Source: a virus (taxonomy: Duplodnaviria; Caudoviricetes). From it: a DNA stretch of 61,068 bases. Every line of letters starts with the position of its first letter. Within the stretch, counting starts at the first letter, position 1. Position numbers and translations under genes: made by a program. The DNA is taken from IMG/VR virus record IMGVR_UViG_3300017966_000001, positions 1 to 61,068 of that record; one strand, given 5' to 3'. Under the pieces are notes generated by a model. It was not told where the DNA came from and made no database searches. It was given only the letters and a program-made list of their open reading frames with translations. Below, piece by piece: positions 29,863 through 38,110 of the stretch.

Positions 29863-30282
29863 TCATTCACTCACATTCTTCGGACGGATATATTCCAGAG
29901 ATGGCGCTCCTGGCTTGATCGTCAACACTTCATCAATGAGCACTTTCTGTGCAGGTAACAGTGACTTGTAGACGCTCGTGCTCAGCTCTGGTTTCCACTT
30001 GAAGATCGTTCTGGCCAATTCCGGGCCGTCAGGTGTCTCGCACAACTTGGTGAGCACAGCTTCAACCCTCTCAACATTGCGCTCTACAGTGATATTCTCT
30101 TTGGTTACAAGGCGCAGAAAATACCCATCACCAAGTGCATGCCGGTGTGTTCCAATGGCATCCGTGCTCTCGAAGACCTCTGCGTGAATGCGATCGCGCA
30201 GGGTTCGTTCTTCTTTCTTTGTTACTTCGAGTTCTTCTCCGGCTTCAAGCCATGCTAGAATCAGTTTGGTTTTTGGGTCCAT
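29863..30282 (-). CDS. Conserved phage replication-region protein
   Basis: AAGGAG RBS; coiled coil then FKWKPEL...LTIKPGAPSLE. Confidence 0.7.
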   Translation of the reverse strand: MDPKTKLILAWLEAGEELEVTKKEERTLRDRIHAEVFESTDAIGTHRHALGDGYFLRLVTKENITVERNVERVEAVLTKLCETPDGPELARTIFKWKPELSTSVYKSLLPAQKVLIDEVLTIKPGAPSLEYIRPKNVSE

Positions 30283-30493
30283 GTTTGTCTCCTTGTAAAG
30301 GCACGAGCGGTGCTGTTTTGCATTTAGGACATGTGGTTTCACCATCGAAACAATTGGTGAGGATATACCAGTCACCGGAATCAAAAACAATACCGCACAA
30401 CGACTCTTCCCCATCCATTGATCCGTGAACTAGGCCATACGGGATACCATCATTCCGGACGCGTGATACAGTGTATAGCGATCGACGCATCAA
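30245..30493 (-). CDS. Hypothetical zinc-binding protein
   Basis: VH...SLCG...TCPKC. Confidence 0.55.
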   Translation of the reverse strand: MMRRSLYTVSRVRNDGIPYGLVHGSMDGEESLCGIVFDSGDWYILTNCFDGETTCPKCKTAPLVPLQGDKHGPKNQTDSSMA

Positions 30494-31152
30494 ACCTCCA
30501 AATAAGCGAACTCTTTGAACACATTAGGACATTTGCGCCATAGTTCAATAGCTATTTTTTCAGCAAGGAAGCGATGATCAATCTGTGCCGTTTTATGCGT
30601 CCTGGAACGCAGATACGTCAACCAAGCGGAAAAATTTGCAGTGACGACAAACTTGGTTGCAACAGACTCAGGCAAAATGAACCTGGCGGTTTCGGGTTTG
30701 TTGCCTTCGGTGAGCAGGCGAAAATAAGCTTTTTCTGCAATCGCGCACGAATTGAGCCAGGCATCAAAACCAATTCCGTTAGCTTGCAAATCACACGGTT
30801 TGATGACAGCTATCTCACCCTCGAACCGCTCACTTCCTAGGTTGCAATACCTGAGGGATTGCTGCGTGTGGGCGTGACAGACGACATCACCCTTCCAAAA
30901 TCGGTGTGTCCTGATTTGCGCGGCGATTGCTACAGATGTTTCTATGAGGAATGACGCATTTGCGTGTTCAAGCACCGATTTATGCGCTTCTCCGCCACTG
31001 GGAGGTGTCAGTAAATTTTCGATAAATCGCACATAGCTCGTGCTTGTGATCCTGCCAACTGTTGCCGTGCAGATTCGACCTACTCGCTCGATAAGTTTTT
31101 CCGCGTTGGGTGTGATGGCCATCAGTTCGGCACGCTGGTTTTTGACGATCAT
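30490..31152 (-). CDS. thyX: Flavin-dependent thymidylate synthase (divergent)
   Basis: HKSVLEH, QIRTHR, QQSLRY, ARFILP, NFSAW..YL..R. Confidence 0.85.
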   Translation of the reverse strand: MIVKNQRAELMAITPNAEKLIERVGRICTATVGRITSTSYVRFIENLLTPPSGGEAHKSVLEHANASFLIETSVAIAAQIRTHRFWKGDVVCHAHTQQSLRYCNLGSERFEGEIAVIKPCDLQANGIGFDAWLNSCAIAEKAYFRLLTEGNKPETARFILPESVATKFVVTANFSAWLTYLRSRTHKTAQIDHRFLAEKIAIELWRKCPNVFKEFAYLEV

Positions 31153-31194
31153 AGTTCCCTCGGGAGTCCTAGTTTACGGTAGGCTCAGAGGAAG

Positions 31195-31821
31195 TCAAGA
31201 GGAAAATTTCACATCTTCGAGTTCACGTAACTTGATGATCTTTCTTAGCCGGCCAATAGCCCGGACATAGATCTGATGCGCGCGCTGTCTGCTCTTACCC
31301 GGGCACGCCTCGCCTAGCGATTCGCAACCCAGGTGCTCTCCAAAGCCAAAATACCGCTCCAGCAAATCGCGTTCTGCAACGGGCAGTGCCTCCAGGAGCA
31401 TTTTGCAATAGCTTTCCCTTTCTTGGCGAGAGACGTTCTCGAAGGGGGTTTCGGTTGCGGCGTCTTCGAACTTCAACATAGAATCTTCAGCTTCATCTTT
31501 TTTGCCAGAGACGACTAGTCGACGCATCCGCGCACGTTCTTCACGATCAGCCTCATCAAAATGCCGCTGTGGCACTTTCAATGGAAGATTCAATCGGATG
31601 AATTTGTTCACGTCGTGCAACATCGCCCAGATCGCGAATGTTGAGAAATGAGCATATTTGTTAGGATCGTAAGTCCGAGCTGCCATTACACCGGCTAAGA
31701 ACGCAGTTTGATACAAGTCATCTCTATCAAATCGTGTGTTGCAACTAATTAAATATTTGCGTATAAACCAGTTACTCAGCTTGCCAATGTCTTTAATGCG
31801 TTCCTCAGTCAGCTCGCACAT
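31195..31821 (-). CDS. Sigma-70 family RNA polymerase sigma factor
   Basis: Region 2 DDLYQTAFLA...YDP...FSTFA.W; region 4 LP..ER..L...FG...SRQRAHQI..RAI.RLR. Confidence 0.85.
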   Translation of the reverse strand: MCELTEERIKDIGKLSNWFIRKYLISCNTRFDRDDLYQTAFLAGVMAARTYDPNKYAHFSTFAIWAMLHDVNKFIRLNLPLKVPQRHFDEADREERARMRRLVVSGKKDEAEDSMLKFEDAATETPFENVSRQERESYCKMLLEALPVAERDLLERYFGFGEHLGCESLGEACPGKSRQRAHQIYVRAIGRLRKIIKLRELEDVKFSS

Positions 31822-32132
31822 GGATTCATTTCCTGATCAAAGGGTGCTGTTCGGTGATGGTGGTTTCGAAATCAACAACGCCTGGGTTGTGATGGACCCG
31901 TCCGCAAACCAGGCACTCCTGGCGCTGGATGCCATTCTTACGCTCTTCGTCGGTTTGCGTAACCCAGCGCCTAACATTGCATGAGCAAGTCCGCATCACA
32001 TCTCCCAGATGGTGACGAGGTTGGTTTCAGCGGCAGAAAGTTTGCTAGCGTCTCCGCCATTTTCAGGCGAGCGCTGCGACTGCCAGAGTGCAAAGAGGAA
32101 GCGGTTGAAGGCGGCGTGATACGAGTTAGGCA

Positions 32133-32438
32133 TTAGAGTGCCTCCACATAAAGGGTTTCTTCGGTTTCGTCCAGGAAGCGTGAGCGTTCGACAGCGCGTC
32201 TAGCTTTCAGGGGTGAGATTTCGATACACTCGATTCCGATTCGGTGGCCTGGGAGCCAGGTGATGGTGTCGTCTTCCATGACGCTCTGCATGATCGTGGC
32301 TTTGATTTCGACAAGACCTATCTGAGGCTCCATCCGGCGCAGCTCGTATGCGAGCCACTCGATCGTATCGGTCATTTTGGTCAAGTGGAGATTCCGGCCA
32401 TGGACGTGACTTGTTACTTTGAGTGTCAGGGTTCGCAT
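32133..32438 (-). CDS. Hypothetical protein
   Basis: AAGGAGG RBS directly after the promoter at 32459-32486. Confidence 0.65.
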   Translation of the reverse strand: MRTLTLKVTSHVHGRNLHLTKMTDTIEWLAYELRRMEPQIGLVEIKATIMQSVMEDDTITWLPGHRIGIECIEISPLKARRAVERSRFLDETEETLYVEAL

Positions 32439-32458
32439 CTGCCCCCTCCTTGACCCAA

Positions 32459-32486
32459 AGGATAGCCCAGGATTTGAAACCGTCAA
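32459..32486 (-). promoter_or_regulatory. Sigma70-type promoter
   Basis: TTGACG-N16-TATCCT. Confidence 0.7.
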
Positions 32487-33037
32487 TAGGTCTTTTCAAA
32501 AAAGTTTGAGCCCCTGGTTGGAGGGGCTCAATTGAAGTGCTCTCTTGGTTTAGTAACAACTACCCCAACGCACAGACAAGGCATCGGCGACACCCCATCG
32601 ATAGCAATGGCTCTTCAGGTGCATGTCATTCGATATTCGTCCGTCCACGGCATGTTTCCAGCCGAGGTTGTATAGCTCGAACAGTTTTAACAGCTCGGTT
32701 CGTGTGAGTGGATTCATAATGTCACAACCTTAGACGATGCAGGATTATGATAAACGCAACAACTCGTTCAAACCAATTCGCGGACCTATCACTCACAAGA
32801 TATCGTATCGCTAGAGATATGGATAGATAGGCGGACGCTAGTAATAGGCATTGCAACCATACGGCCACATTACCTCCAAACGTTTTGATGGAACACAGCC
32901 AAACACAACGCGTGATTGGCCCGGCTAATTGCAGAATTGCCTTCCCGTGAAGCAGATCTCGCAAGCAATCGCAATATAGCATTCAGGCAATTGTTTCGGT
33001 GCTCAATTTGGCAGCTCATGTTTACCTCCACGACGTA

Positions 33038-33065
33038 AGGGTAATACCGCTGCGTTAGGTGTCAA
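33038..33065 (-). promoter_or_regulatory. Sigma70-type promoter
   Basis: TTGACA-N16-TACCCT followed by GGAGG and ATG. Confidence 0.55.
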
Positions 33066-33139
33066 GAGTGGAAATTTGAATTGTCGCGTTTTTCTGTGAT
33101 TTTACCTGTTTATGCGACAAAATGTCGTCAAATACAGAG

Positions 33140-33397
33140 TTAGACAGCATCATTCAGGTGTCGAATGATTGCAGTTTTGACTTCGATTTCATCTTCGTAT
33201 TCAAAGGGAATAACAGCCTTGGCACGTCGCAGCAGAGCATCCGACGCCTCAAGCCGATTCTTGTATCGGTTCCTGTCGTGTTCGGCTTTCTCAAGTTCCT
33301 TGGCTAATTCGACTGCCCGACCTTCATATAATTTTGCCTTGAACTTCGCATCATCCAGGGCTTCGCAGGAAACACTCAAGCAATTTTCCAGTGTCAT
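33140..33397 (-). CDS. Coiled-coil hypothetical protein (cassette gene)
   Basis: AGGAG RBS; the stop TAA lies within the GTTAGAC core site at 33139-33145. Confidence 0.7.
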   Translation of the reverse strand: MTLENCLSVSCEALDDAKFKAKLYEGRAVELAKELEKAEHDRNRYKNRLEASDALLRRAKAVIPFEYEDEIEVKTAIIRHLNDAV

Positions 33398-33429
33398 CGT
33401 TTCTCCTGTTTCTCGTTTCATCCTGTGCC

Positions 33430-33492
33430 GTCTAACCACGGCTTCAACACGGACGCGGCCTTCAGCCGCGCCGGTTAAGCCGGGCGTTAGCC
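33430..33492 (+). mobile_element. attC: Integron attC recombination site (63 bp)
   Basis: R'' GTCTAAC, 5-nt spacer, L'' CTT(C)AAC with extra C, GC-rich stem-loop, L' GTTAAG, 6-nt spacer, R' GTTAGCC. Confidence 0.88.
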
Positions 33493-33984
33493 GACCACCA
33501 AGCGATAGGCTTCCTCCCAGAGATGGGCTTCTCCTTCGCGCAGTAATTCCAGAAGAAGTCGCTTCTCTTCCAGATAGACACGCGCAAAATTTGGGTCTCG
33601 CTCAACGATGCTTCGTGTGTTGTCGATAAGGTCAGCTAGCTTAATGGTTTTTGCCTGTGGGCTCGCCTTGGACGTGTGCTCACGGTCCATGGCCTTCCTG
33701 ATGGCTCGTTTGCCATCCGAGGGCTTGGAAACATCGGTCAGCTGTTCCACCAGCGATGCGACCTCAAACCCAAATATTTGCTCGATCTCATCCAGGCTAA
33801 CCCCGCAGTCCTCCACGGTATCATGCAGCCACGCAGCGCAAAGCATTGCCTCTGTGTGCGGCACGCTCCGCACCAGTTCAGCAACGGCGGCGGGATGCGC
33901 GATGTAGGGTTCACCCGTATATTTTCGAGTTTGCCCAATCCGTGTATGGGCAAGGGTAGCAAATTCTTTGGCACGGTGCTCCAT
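33487..33984 (-). CDS. HD-domain (p)ppGpp hydrolase-like protein (Mesh1/SAH type; cassette gene)
   Basis: AH..QTRKYTGEPYIAHP, AWLHDTVEDC, LVEQLTD, IKLADLIDN. Confidence 0.9.
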   Translation of the reverse strand: MEHRAKEFATLAHTRIGQTRKYTGEPYIAHPAAVAELVRSVPHTEAMLCAAWLHDTVEDCGVSLDEIEQIFGFEVASLVEQLTDVSKPSDGKRAIRKAMDREHTSKASPQAKTIKLADLIDNTRSIVERDPNFARVYLEEKRLLLELLREGEAHLWEEAYRLVVG

Positions 33985-34010
33985 AAATCTCCTTGCTGTC
34001 AGCCACGGTC

Positions 34011-34071
34011 GCCTAACCGGTCGTTCGACCTGCGCTCCCTTGCGGTCGCCGGGCCAACTCCAGCGTTAGAT
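34011..34071 (+). mobile_element. attC: Integron attC recombination site (61 bp)
   Basis: R'' GCCTAAC, 5-nt spacer, L'' GTT(C)GACC, L' GGCCAAC, 6-nt spacer, R' GTTAGAT. Confidence 0.85.
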
Positions 34072-34230
34072 TGCTCGTTGAGCATCGGATCGGTCTGCTT
34101 CTTCCACAGCTCTCTTCCAGCGTTCAAGGTATTCCTTAAATCCCTTTCTGTTCTCAGGGTCGCTTATAAGTTCGCCACTGAACACAGAGGCATCAAGGGC
34201 ATCACAGGCTTCGTCATATCGTGGGTGCAT
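34066..34230 (-). CDS. Small acidic hypothetical protein (cassette gene)
   Basis: AAGGAGG RBS; the stop lies within R' of attC 34011-34071. Confidence 0.7.
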   Translation of the reverse strand: MHPRYDEACDALDASVFSGELISDPENRKGFKEYLERWKRAVEEADRSDAQRAI

Positions 34231-34311
34231 GTTTCCTCCTTCGCTGTCAGTTTCGATTTCCACGCCCTCTCCATCGTTTCGGCTTGCGGTTGCGCCTGGT
34301 TAACTCTATCA

Positions 34312-34491
34312 CTAGACCGTATCTCTCCCTGCCATCTGTATGCATATCGAAACAGCTCTTGGAGCGTGGTTTGAATATTTGCAGCACCAGTTGCAGTATC
34401 GGCTCCCATGCAATGGAGTCCCTGGCTTGTGCCCTGCCTCATGATGATACTTACATCCTCGACAATGATCAGGTTTCTTCTGTTTGGGCAT
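34312..34491 (-). CDS. Small Cys/His-rich protein (59 aa, not in ORF track)
   Basis: MPKQKKPDHCRGCKYHH...YCNWCCKY...; ATG immediately follows the attC-like core GTTAGGCG on the minus strand. Confidence 0.6.
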   Translation of the reverse strand: MPKQKKPDHCRGCKYHHEAGHKPGTPLHGSRYCNWCCKYSNHAPRAVSICIQMAGRDTV

Positions 34492-34492
34492 C

Positions 34493-34578
34493 GCCTAACC
34501 TTTCGATTGACTCGGACGCTACCGCCGCTTCGGTTCATTTGCCATTCTGTCTCCTTCCGGCGGCGTCCGAGTTAGCTA
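34493..34578 (+). mobile_element. Truncated/degenerate attC-like site
   Basis: R'' GCCTAAC, 5-nt spacer, long stem TGACTCGGACGC / GCGTCCGAGTTA; no R' at the expected distance. Confidence 0.55.
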
Positions 34579-34760
34579 CAATTACACCCCAAATCCTGAC
34601 TCAAATTCGATATAACTGCACGTGCATTCTCAATCAATACGTGTTGACGATGTAACGCGTGGCACGCCTCTTCTAGCAACCGAAATACTTCAATACCACC
34701 AATTGTTCCTTCTCGCAATTCGAACAAAACTTTAACTGGATCGAAGTTGTCGCGCGTCAT
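34572..34760 (-). CDS. Hypothetical protein
   Basis: ORF MTRDNFDPVKVLFELREG...; start uncertain. Confidence 0.5.
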   Translation of the reverse strand: MTRDNFDPVKVLFELREGTIGGIEVFRLLEEACHALHRQHVLIENARAVISNLSQDLGCNCS

Positions 34761-34774
34761 TTGTTTGTTACACA

Positions 34775-34963
34775 TCAGTTTATATCCAAATCGACCCAAA
34801 CCCGGTTTTCAAGGTCAAGCAGGTCGTAATGGTCATATGACATGAATTCAATGGCTGATTTAGCCTCATCCACAGTGCTGTACGACCCACGGGAGTCACA
34901 GTGACCGCCCATCGCATAATGTTGATCATAACCAAACAACAGAAATCGCTTGTATGCGCTCAT
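34775..34963 (-). CDS. Small conserved phage protein
   Basis: KRFLLFGYDQHY..GG..D..GSY motif; AAGGAGGT RBS. Confidence 0.7.
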   Translation of the reverse strand: MSAYKRFLLFGYDQHYAMGGHCDSRGSYSTVDEAKSAIEFMSYDHYDLLDLENRVWVDLDIN

Positions 34964-34975
34964 TGCGACACCTCC

Positions 34976-37345
34976 TTAAGCCTTCAGCCCATCAAAATTC
35001 AGCACCTGGAAATACCTACCCTTGCGCTTACAGTAGCGCTTGTTGAGTGTTGCTGCATCAAGCTCTTCAATGATCGAGCTGTCGCAAAGCACTTTTAGGG
35101 CATTGTCCAGTGCGAATTTGACATCCCTACTGGCTTGCTTGTAGCAAATCTTGTTTGCCACTCGCCAGTAAAGATAGGATAAGGGAACCACAGAATCCGT
35201 CAAGACCTCTTTTAACAAACCGTGAGATTTTTGTGATTTCGTGATACACTCGGCATTAACAGACAATGCCTCGAGAATGGCCTTTTTGAGCTCATAGATC
35301 TGCTTGCCTTCGGAGGCATCAGCGCCGACGTCCTTCCGAGCAAACCTAGATAAGACATTCTCCGTCTCCCAGATCACAAGGTCATGTGCCCATTGCCAGA
35401 TCGATGCGGTGATCACGGGTTGCCAGACGTTAACGCCAACTGCGATCAAGCTGGCAATCTTCAGAATTTTGAACTGCGTGCGACCCCATAAGGAAGCAGT
35501 TACCCAATCCTCGGCAGCATTTGCCGCGTTGATTAGATCGTTAGTTTTGCGATCAAACGCTTCGTCCAGAGCTAACGCGTCTACGTCAAGCTCAACTGGA
35601 GTGACTTTGTGCTCGTCATTACGCAATGTGATGGTTTTACCGACGTTCAGAAACCAATCAACCAAGTCGCAGGGTATTGGATATTTTTCCTTGTTGGCCA
35701 GGCTTCGCAATCCCGTGTATTCGAAGATGCTAAACCTAGGCAAAAAACCATCAGTGCACGCCTCGTCTGTTAAATTCTTCCAGAAAGACCCAGGAGCCGA
35801 TTCACAAAGCATGGAAAAAGCAGGTTGAATTGTCGCAGCAACGTTTTTTTCCTTGTCGCTGTAGGTCTGGCCGATCAGGATGTTACCCTTCTCGCCCTTA
35901 CCGTAGAGATCCAGGAACGCCTCAGCCAAGCCACGATATGTCTCGGATGGGTTCTTACCGCCCATGCGGCCCAACTGCTTACCAAACTCGCCAAACAATG
36001 ACACGCAACATGGGTTCTCCGCAAGGTGTCGCATCAATCCGGAGTAGCTGGCCGCTTTTGGACCCAGAAAGTTTGCGATCTTTGGATCACGCTGCCGCAA
36101 AGTAGCAAGCAAATTGCTTACGTTTTTGGTAGTGTCTTCCTTGCCAGTCGCCGGCCCCGCCACCAACACCATATAGATATTGAGCGACGTATCCCAAACA
36201 CTATGGCTCCGCCCAAACACCCCGGAGAATAGACCCAGCGCTGACACAATCGAAATCAACGGGATTGGTCGTTTGGAGTTGCGGTAGAACGCTTTAGCGA
36301 GCTCACCTACTTTGCCCTCTGGCCAGGTTGGCTGCCACTCCAGAGTGTTGCCGGCAGGTGTCTCGATTACAACCGGCTCAGCTGGATCAGACAGGAACGG
36401 ATTGGGTATCGGCTCAACCTCTGGCAGCACAAGATCCATCGCTCGGCTGAACGTCCTGTCGAGATAGTCTTCACGGAAAGCTTTTGGCCTTTGGCCAAGC
36501 TGACTTTGGTGGAACAACCGAATCGTCTGCTCTTTGTTCCGAGAGTGGAATGAGAGCATGTTGAACAAAGCTTGATCATAGGTCGACTGCCCAGAGCCAT
36601 CCCAAGTCTGTGGATACAGGACCTTCAAATCATCAAAGTCCCGCTCAAAGAACGCGGCAAACTTTTCACCGTTGAATCGATGACAGCGTTCCAAAACCTC
36701 ATCATCGTCATACCGAACTTCTTCGGAGATCACTTGAACAGTAGCGTTGTTACTGTTACCAGGCACCTGAAAGTAGTAGGCCTTCATGGCGCTGAGTTTC
36801 TCCTGGATGGCTTCAGGAGACTGCAACAGCACATCGATGACCATATCACCAGTCAAAGCGATAAAGCGCTTGCTGGTATAGAATTCAATCTCTTTAGTGC
36901 GGCGATTAAAGACCTCATTGGTCTTGAGGAAGACGTGCAAACCACGTCCTGATACCGACACCTCGGTGGGGCAATTGAGCCATTTACAGAGCTCCCAGGA
37001 TTGGGTGCAAATCGGGTCATCCATCTCCAGGTGTTTGAGGTCAATGTCCAAGATTGCGTATGGATCGTCCTCAAAAAGCATCAACCCGATGCCATTTGCA
37101 TCAGTATTATATGCACAAGCAAGTGCCGTCTCAAAATCAACGCAGTCCTGCCGACTCTTGGGGTAAGCCGTGAGTCCAGTAAATGGACTCTTGGGCACCT
37201 TGGCGGGGCGAGTCCCATCCTCTGGATTCACCTCCAAGCAATACGGGATAAACTGCTGCAGACTTCGGATTTCCTCAGGCAGGCGCCTGAGAGTTGCAAT
37301 TTGTTGGTCTGTCAAAGGCATATTTAAGACCTCATTGGTGCCCAC
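34976..37345 (-). CDS. Primase-polymerase (AEP / NrS-1-like) fused to a P-loop helicase-like domain
   Basis: KVPKSP, LDIDLKH, EVSVSGRGLHVF, RFIALTG; helical bundle RLFHQSQL..R.K..R.DYL; AGPATGKE. Confidence 0.85.
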   Translation of the reverse strand: MGTNEVLNMPLTDQQIATLRRLPEEIRSLQQFIPYCLEVNPEDGTRPAKVPKSPFTGLTAYPKSRQDCVDFETALACAYNTDANGIGLMLFEDDPYAILDIDLKHLEMDDPICTQSWELCKWLNCPTEVSVSGRGLHVFLKTNEVFNRRTKEIEFYTSKRFIALTGDMVIDVLLQSPEAIQEKLSAMKAYYFQVPGNSNNATVQVISEEVRYDDDEVLERCHRFNGEKFAAFFERDFDDLKVLYPQTWDGSGQSTYDQALFNMLSFHSRNKEQTIRLFHQSQLGQRPKAFREDYLDRTFSRAMDLVLPEVEPIPNPFLSDPAEPVVIETPAGNTLEWQPTWPEGKVGELAKAFYRNSKRPIPLISIVSALGLFSGVFGRSHSVWDTSLNIYMVLVAGPATGKEDTTKNVSNLLATLRQRDPKIANFLGPKAASYSGLMRHLAENPCCVSLFGEFGKQLGRMGGKNPSETYRGLAEAFLDLYGKGEKGNILIGQTYSDKEKNVAATIQPAFSMLCESAPGSFWKNLTDEACTDGFLPRFSIFEYTGLRSLANKEKYPIPCDLVDWFLNVGKTITLRNDEHKVTPVELDVDALALDEAFDRKTNDLINAANAAEDWVTASLWGRTQFKILKIASLIAVGVNVWQPVITASIWQWAHDLVIWETENVLSRFARKDVGADASEGKQIYELKKAILEALSVNAECITKSQKSHGLLKEVLTDSVVPLSYLYWRVANKICYKQASRDVKFALDNALKVLCDSSIIEELDAATLNKRYCKRKGRYFQVLNFDGLKA

Positions 37346-37399
37346 ATAGATATGGAGGCGGACTCTCAGAGTAAGGCCGGGGTCTCAGGGTCGCAAGAT

Positions 37400-38110
37400 G
37401 TCAATTTCTTGACCGATTCTCAATACAAGGTGCAAATCGCATGCAACTCTAATCAAAACACACCATATTCACAATACACAAAATACAAGATTTTTCGATC
37501 AAACTTTATGCGGAGTATGCGCATAATACATCAATACATGAAAATCGTGTTCAGACTGTATGCAGTATTTTATGCAGAAACTCGCATAAAAACACAACAT
37601 TCGATCGCATAAGATAGATACTTTGCATAAACACACCAATTTCAATGGGTTGCTCAATACATTGAATACAAGATTTTTCGTTCAGGCTATATGCAGAAAA
37701 ATATGCAGTTTCTGCATAACCTATGGGTAGAATTTGCCTATAGGGGTGTCATACATGAGCCGCATTTTCATACATACAGCCATTTTGCATTTAAGTGCTT
37801 AAAAATCAATAACTTAACATTATACACCAAAATACAAGATTTCAGTATCATACATGGGGTAGGGGAGGGGGCCTACAGGGGGCCTACAGGGGGAAATACA
37901 CCACCTCCCCTGAGCGATCACTCTGACCCCTTTTAAGTGTATTGTATGTATTATGTAAGTAGTAGTAGTAGTAGTAGTTATGTAATGTATATTATATGTA
38001 TTTTTGTGTATGTTTGTAAGTAGTAGTAATAGTAGTATTTATATAAGTATATATTATTATTTATATTTATATATTTATCTTATTTTTACTTCTTTTTCTA
38101 TTGACATTCT
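37400..38110. other. Putative replication origin / AT-rich non-coding control region
   Basis: AATACAAGATTT(TTCG) at 37482, 37665 and 37831; GGGGGCCTACA tandem; (TAG)n and AT-only tract 37936-38100; next to the primase gene at the strand divergence point. Confidence 0.55.

Noticed and set aside
31969-32131. GCCTAAC...GTTAGGC pair resembling a long attC
   Set aside because: No pairing L''/L' boxes or internal stem; the interval is explained by two small overlapping minus-strand ORFs (MPNSYHAAF..., MRTCSCNVRR...)
33054-33060. GTTAGGT as another attC core
   Set aside because: It lies in the spacer of a minus-strand promoter and has no matching R'' or stem
24785-33984. Z-genome (2-aminoadenine) or 7-deazaguanine pathway suggested by the diphosphohydrolase and HD protein
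   Set aside because: No PurZ, DpdA, FolE or QueC/D/E recognised; the HD protein has RelA/SpoT-hydrolase motifs rather than DatZ-like ones
33676-34655. Long plus-strand ORFs that would be co-oriented with the attC sites
   Set aside because: They run through attC boundaries, lack RBS and are antisense shadows of motif-bearing minus-strand genes
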